Positions 47,523 through 47,661 of a stretch of 47,661 nt of DNA are shown here, piece by piece. Under the pieces are notes generated by a model, which worked only from the letters and a program-made list of their open reading frames with translations, ran no database searches and was not told the DNA's origin. The translations under genes and the position numbers were made by a program. The first letter of the stretch is position 1. Each line of letters opens with the position of its first letter. Source of the stretch: Tricharina praecox (lineage: Eukaryota); assembly GCF_024521635.1 (NCBI RefSeq), contig NW_026250406.1, positions 1,674,001 through 1,721,661 on the forward strand. Direction: 5' to 3'.

Positions 47523-47661
47523 GGGTTAGGGTTAGGGTTAGGGTTAGGGTTAGGGTTAGGGTTAGGGTTAGGGTTAGGGTTAGGGTTAGGGTTAGGGTTA
47601 GGGTTAGGGTTAGGGTTAGGGTTAGGGTTAGGGTTAGGGTTAGGGTTAGGGTTAGGGTTAG
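47522..47661 (+). repeat. Telomere, (TTAGGG)n, about 23 units
   Basis: Perfect TTAGGG array to the window end, with the G-rich strand running 5' to 3' toward the end. Confidence 0.98.

Noticed and set aside
1..47661. CRISPR arrays, rRNA genes, Starship captain recombinase, telomere-linked helicase
   Set aside because: No repeat-spacer array, rRNA-like sequence, or tyrosine-recombinase or RecQ motifs seen in the sequence or ORF track.

Overview
Right-hand end of a filamentous-fungal chromosome (spliceosomal GT-AG introns; terminal TTAGGG tract at about 47522-47661). It has three zones. (1) 1-~14.4 kb is a nested stack of Ty3/Gypsy chromovirus LTR retrotransposons from two families, here called A and B. 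It also holds two copies of a ~111-bp mini-LTR (C) and one young full-length A element (7159-13245; TSD CCGCG; 511-bp LTRs with 2 differences I could see). That element carries a Tf1-type self-priming signal and a -1 frameshift signal, but has a gag nonsense codon and a protease D-to-N change. (2) ~14.4-42.5 kb is a low-density accessory gene island: a vWA protein, a non-autonomous hAT element, a CorA-like membrane protein, a PL4 rhamnogalacturonan lyase, a small secreted protein, an intronless arsH, a HET-domain gene with an internal stop, and a FunK1 kinase relic. I could not annotate 14.4-20.8 kb. (3) 42.5 kb to the end is three same-polarity retroelement 3' ends stacked head to tail, the last one broken inside pol and capped directly by telomere repeats. 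All calls come from reading motifs and comparing copies by eye; no searches were run.
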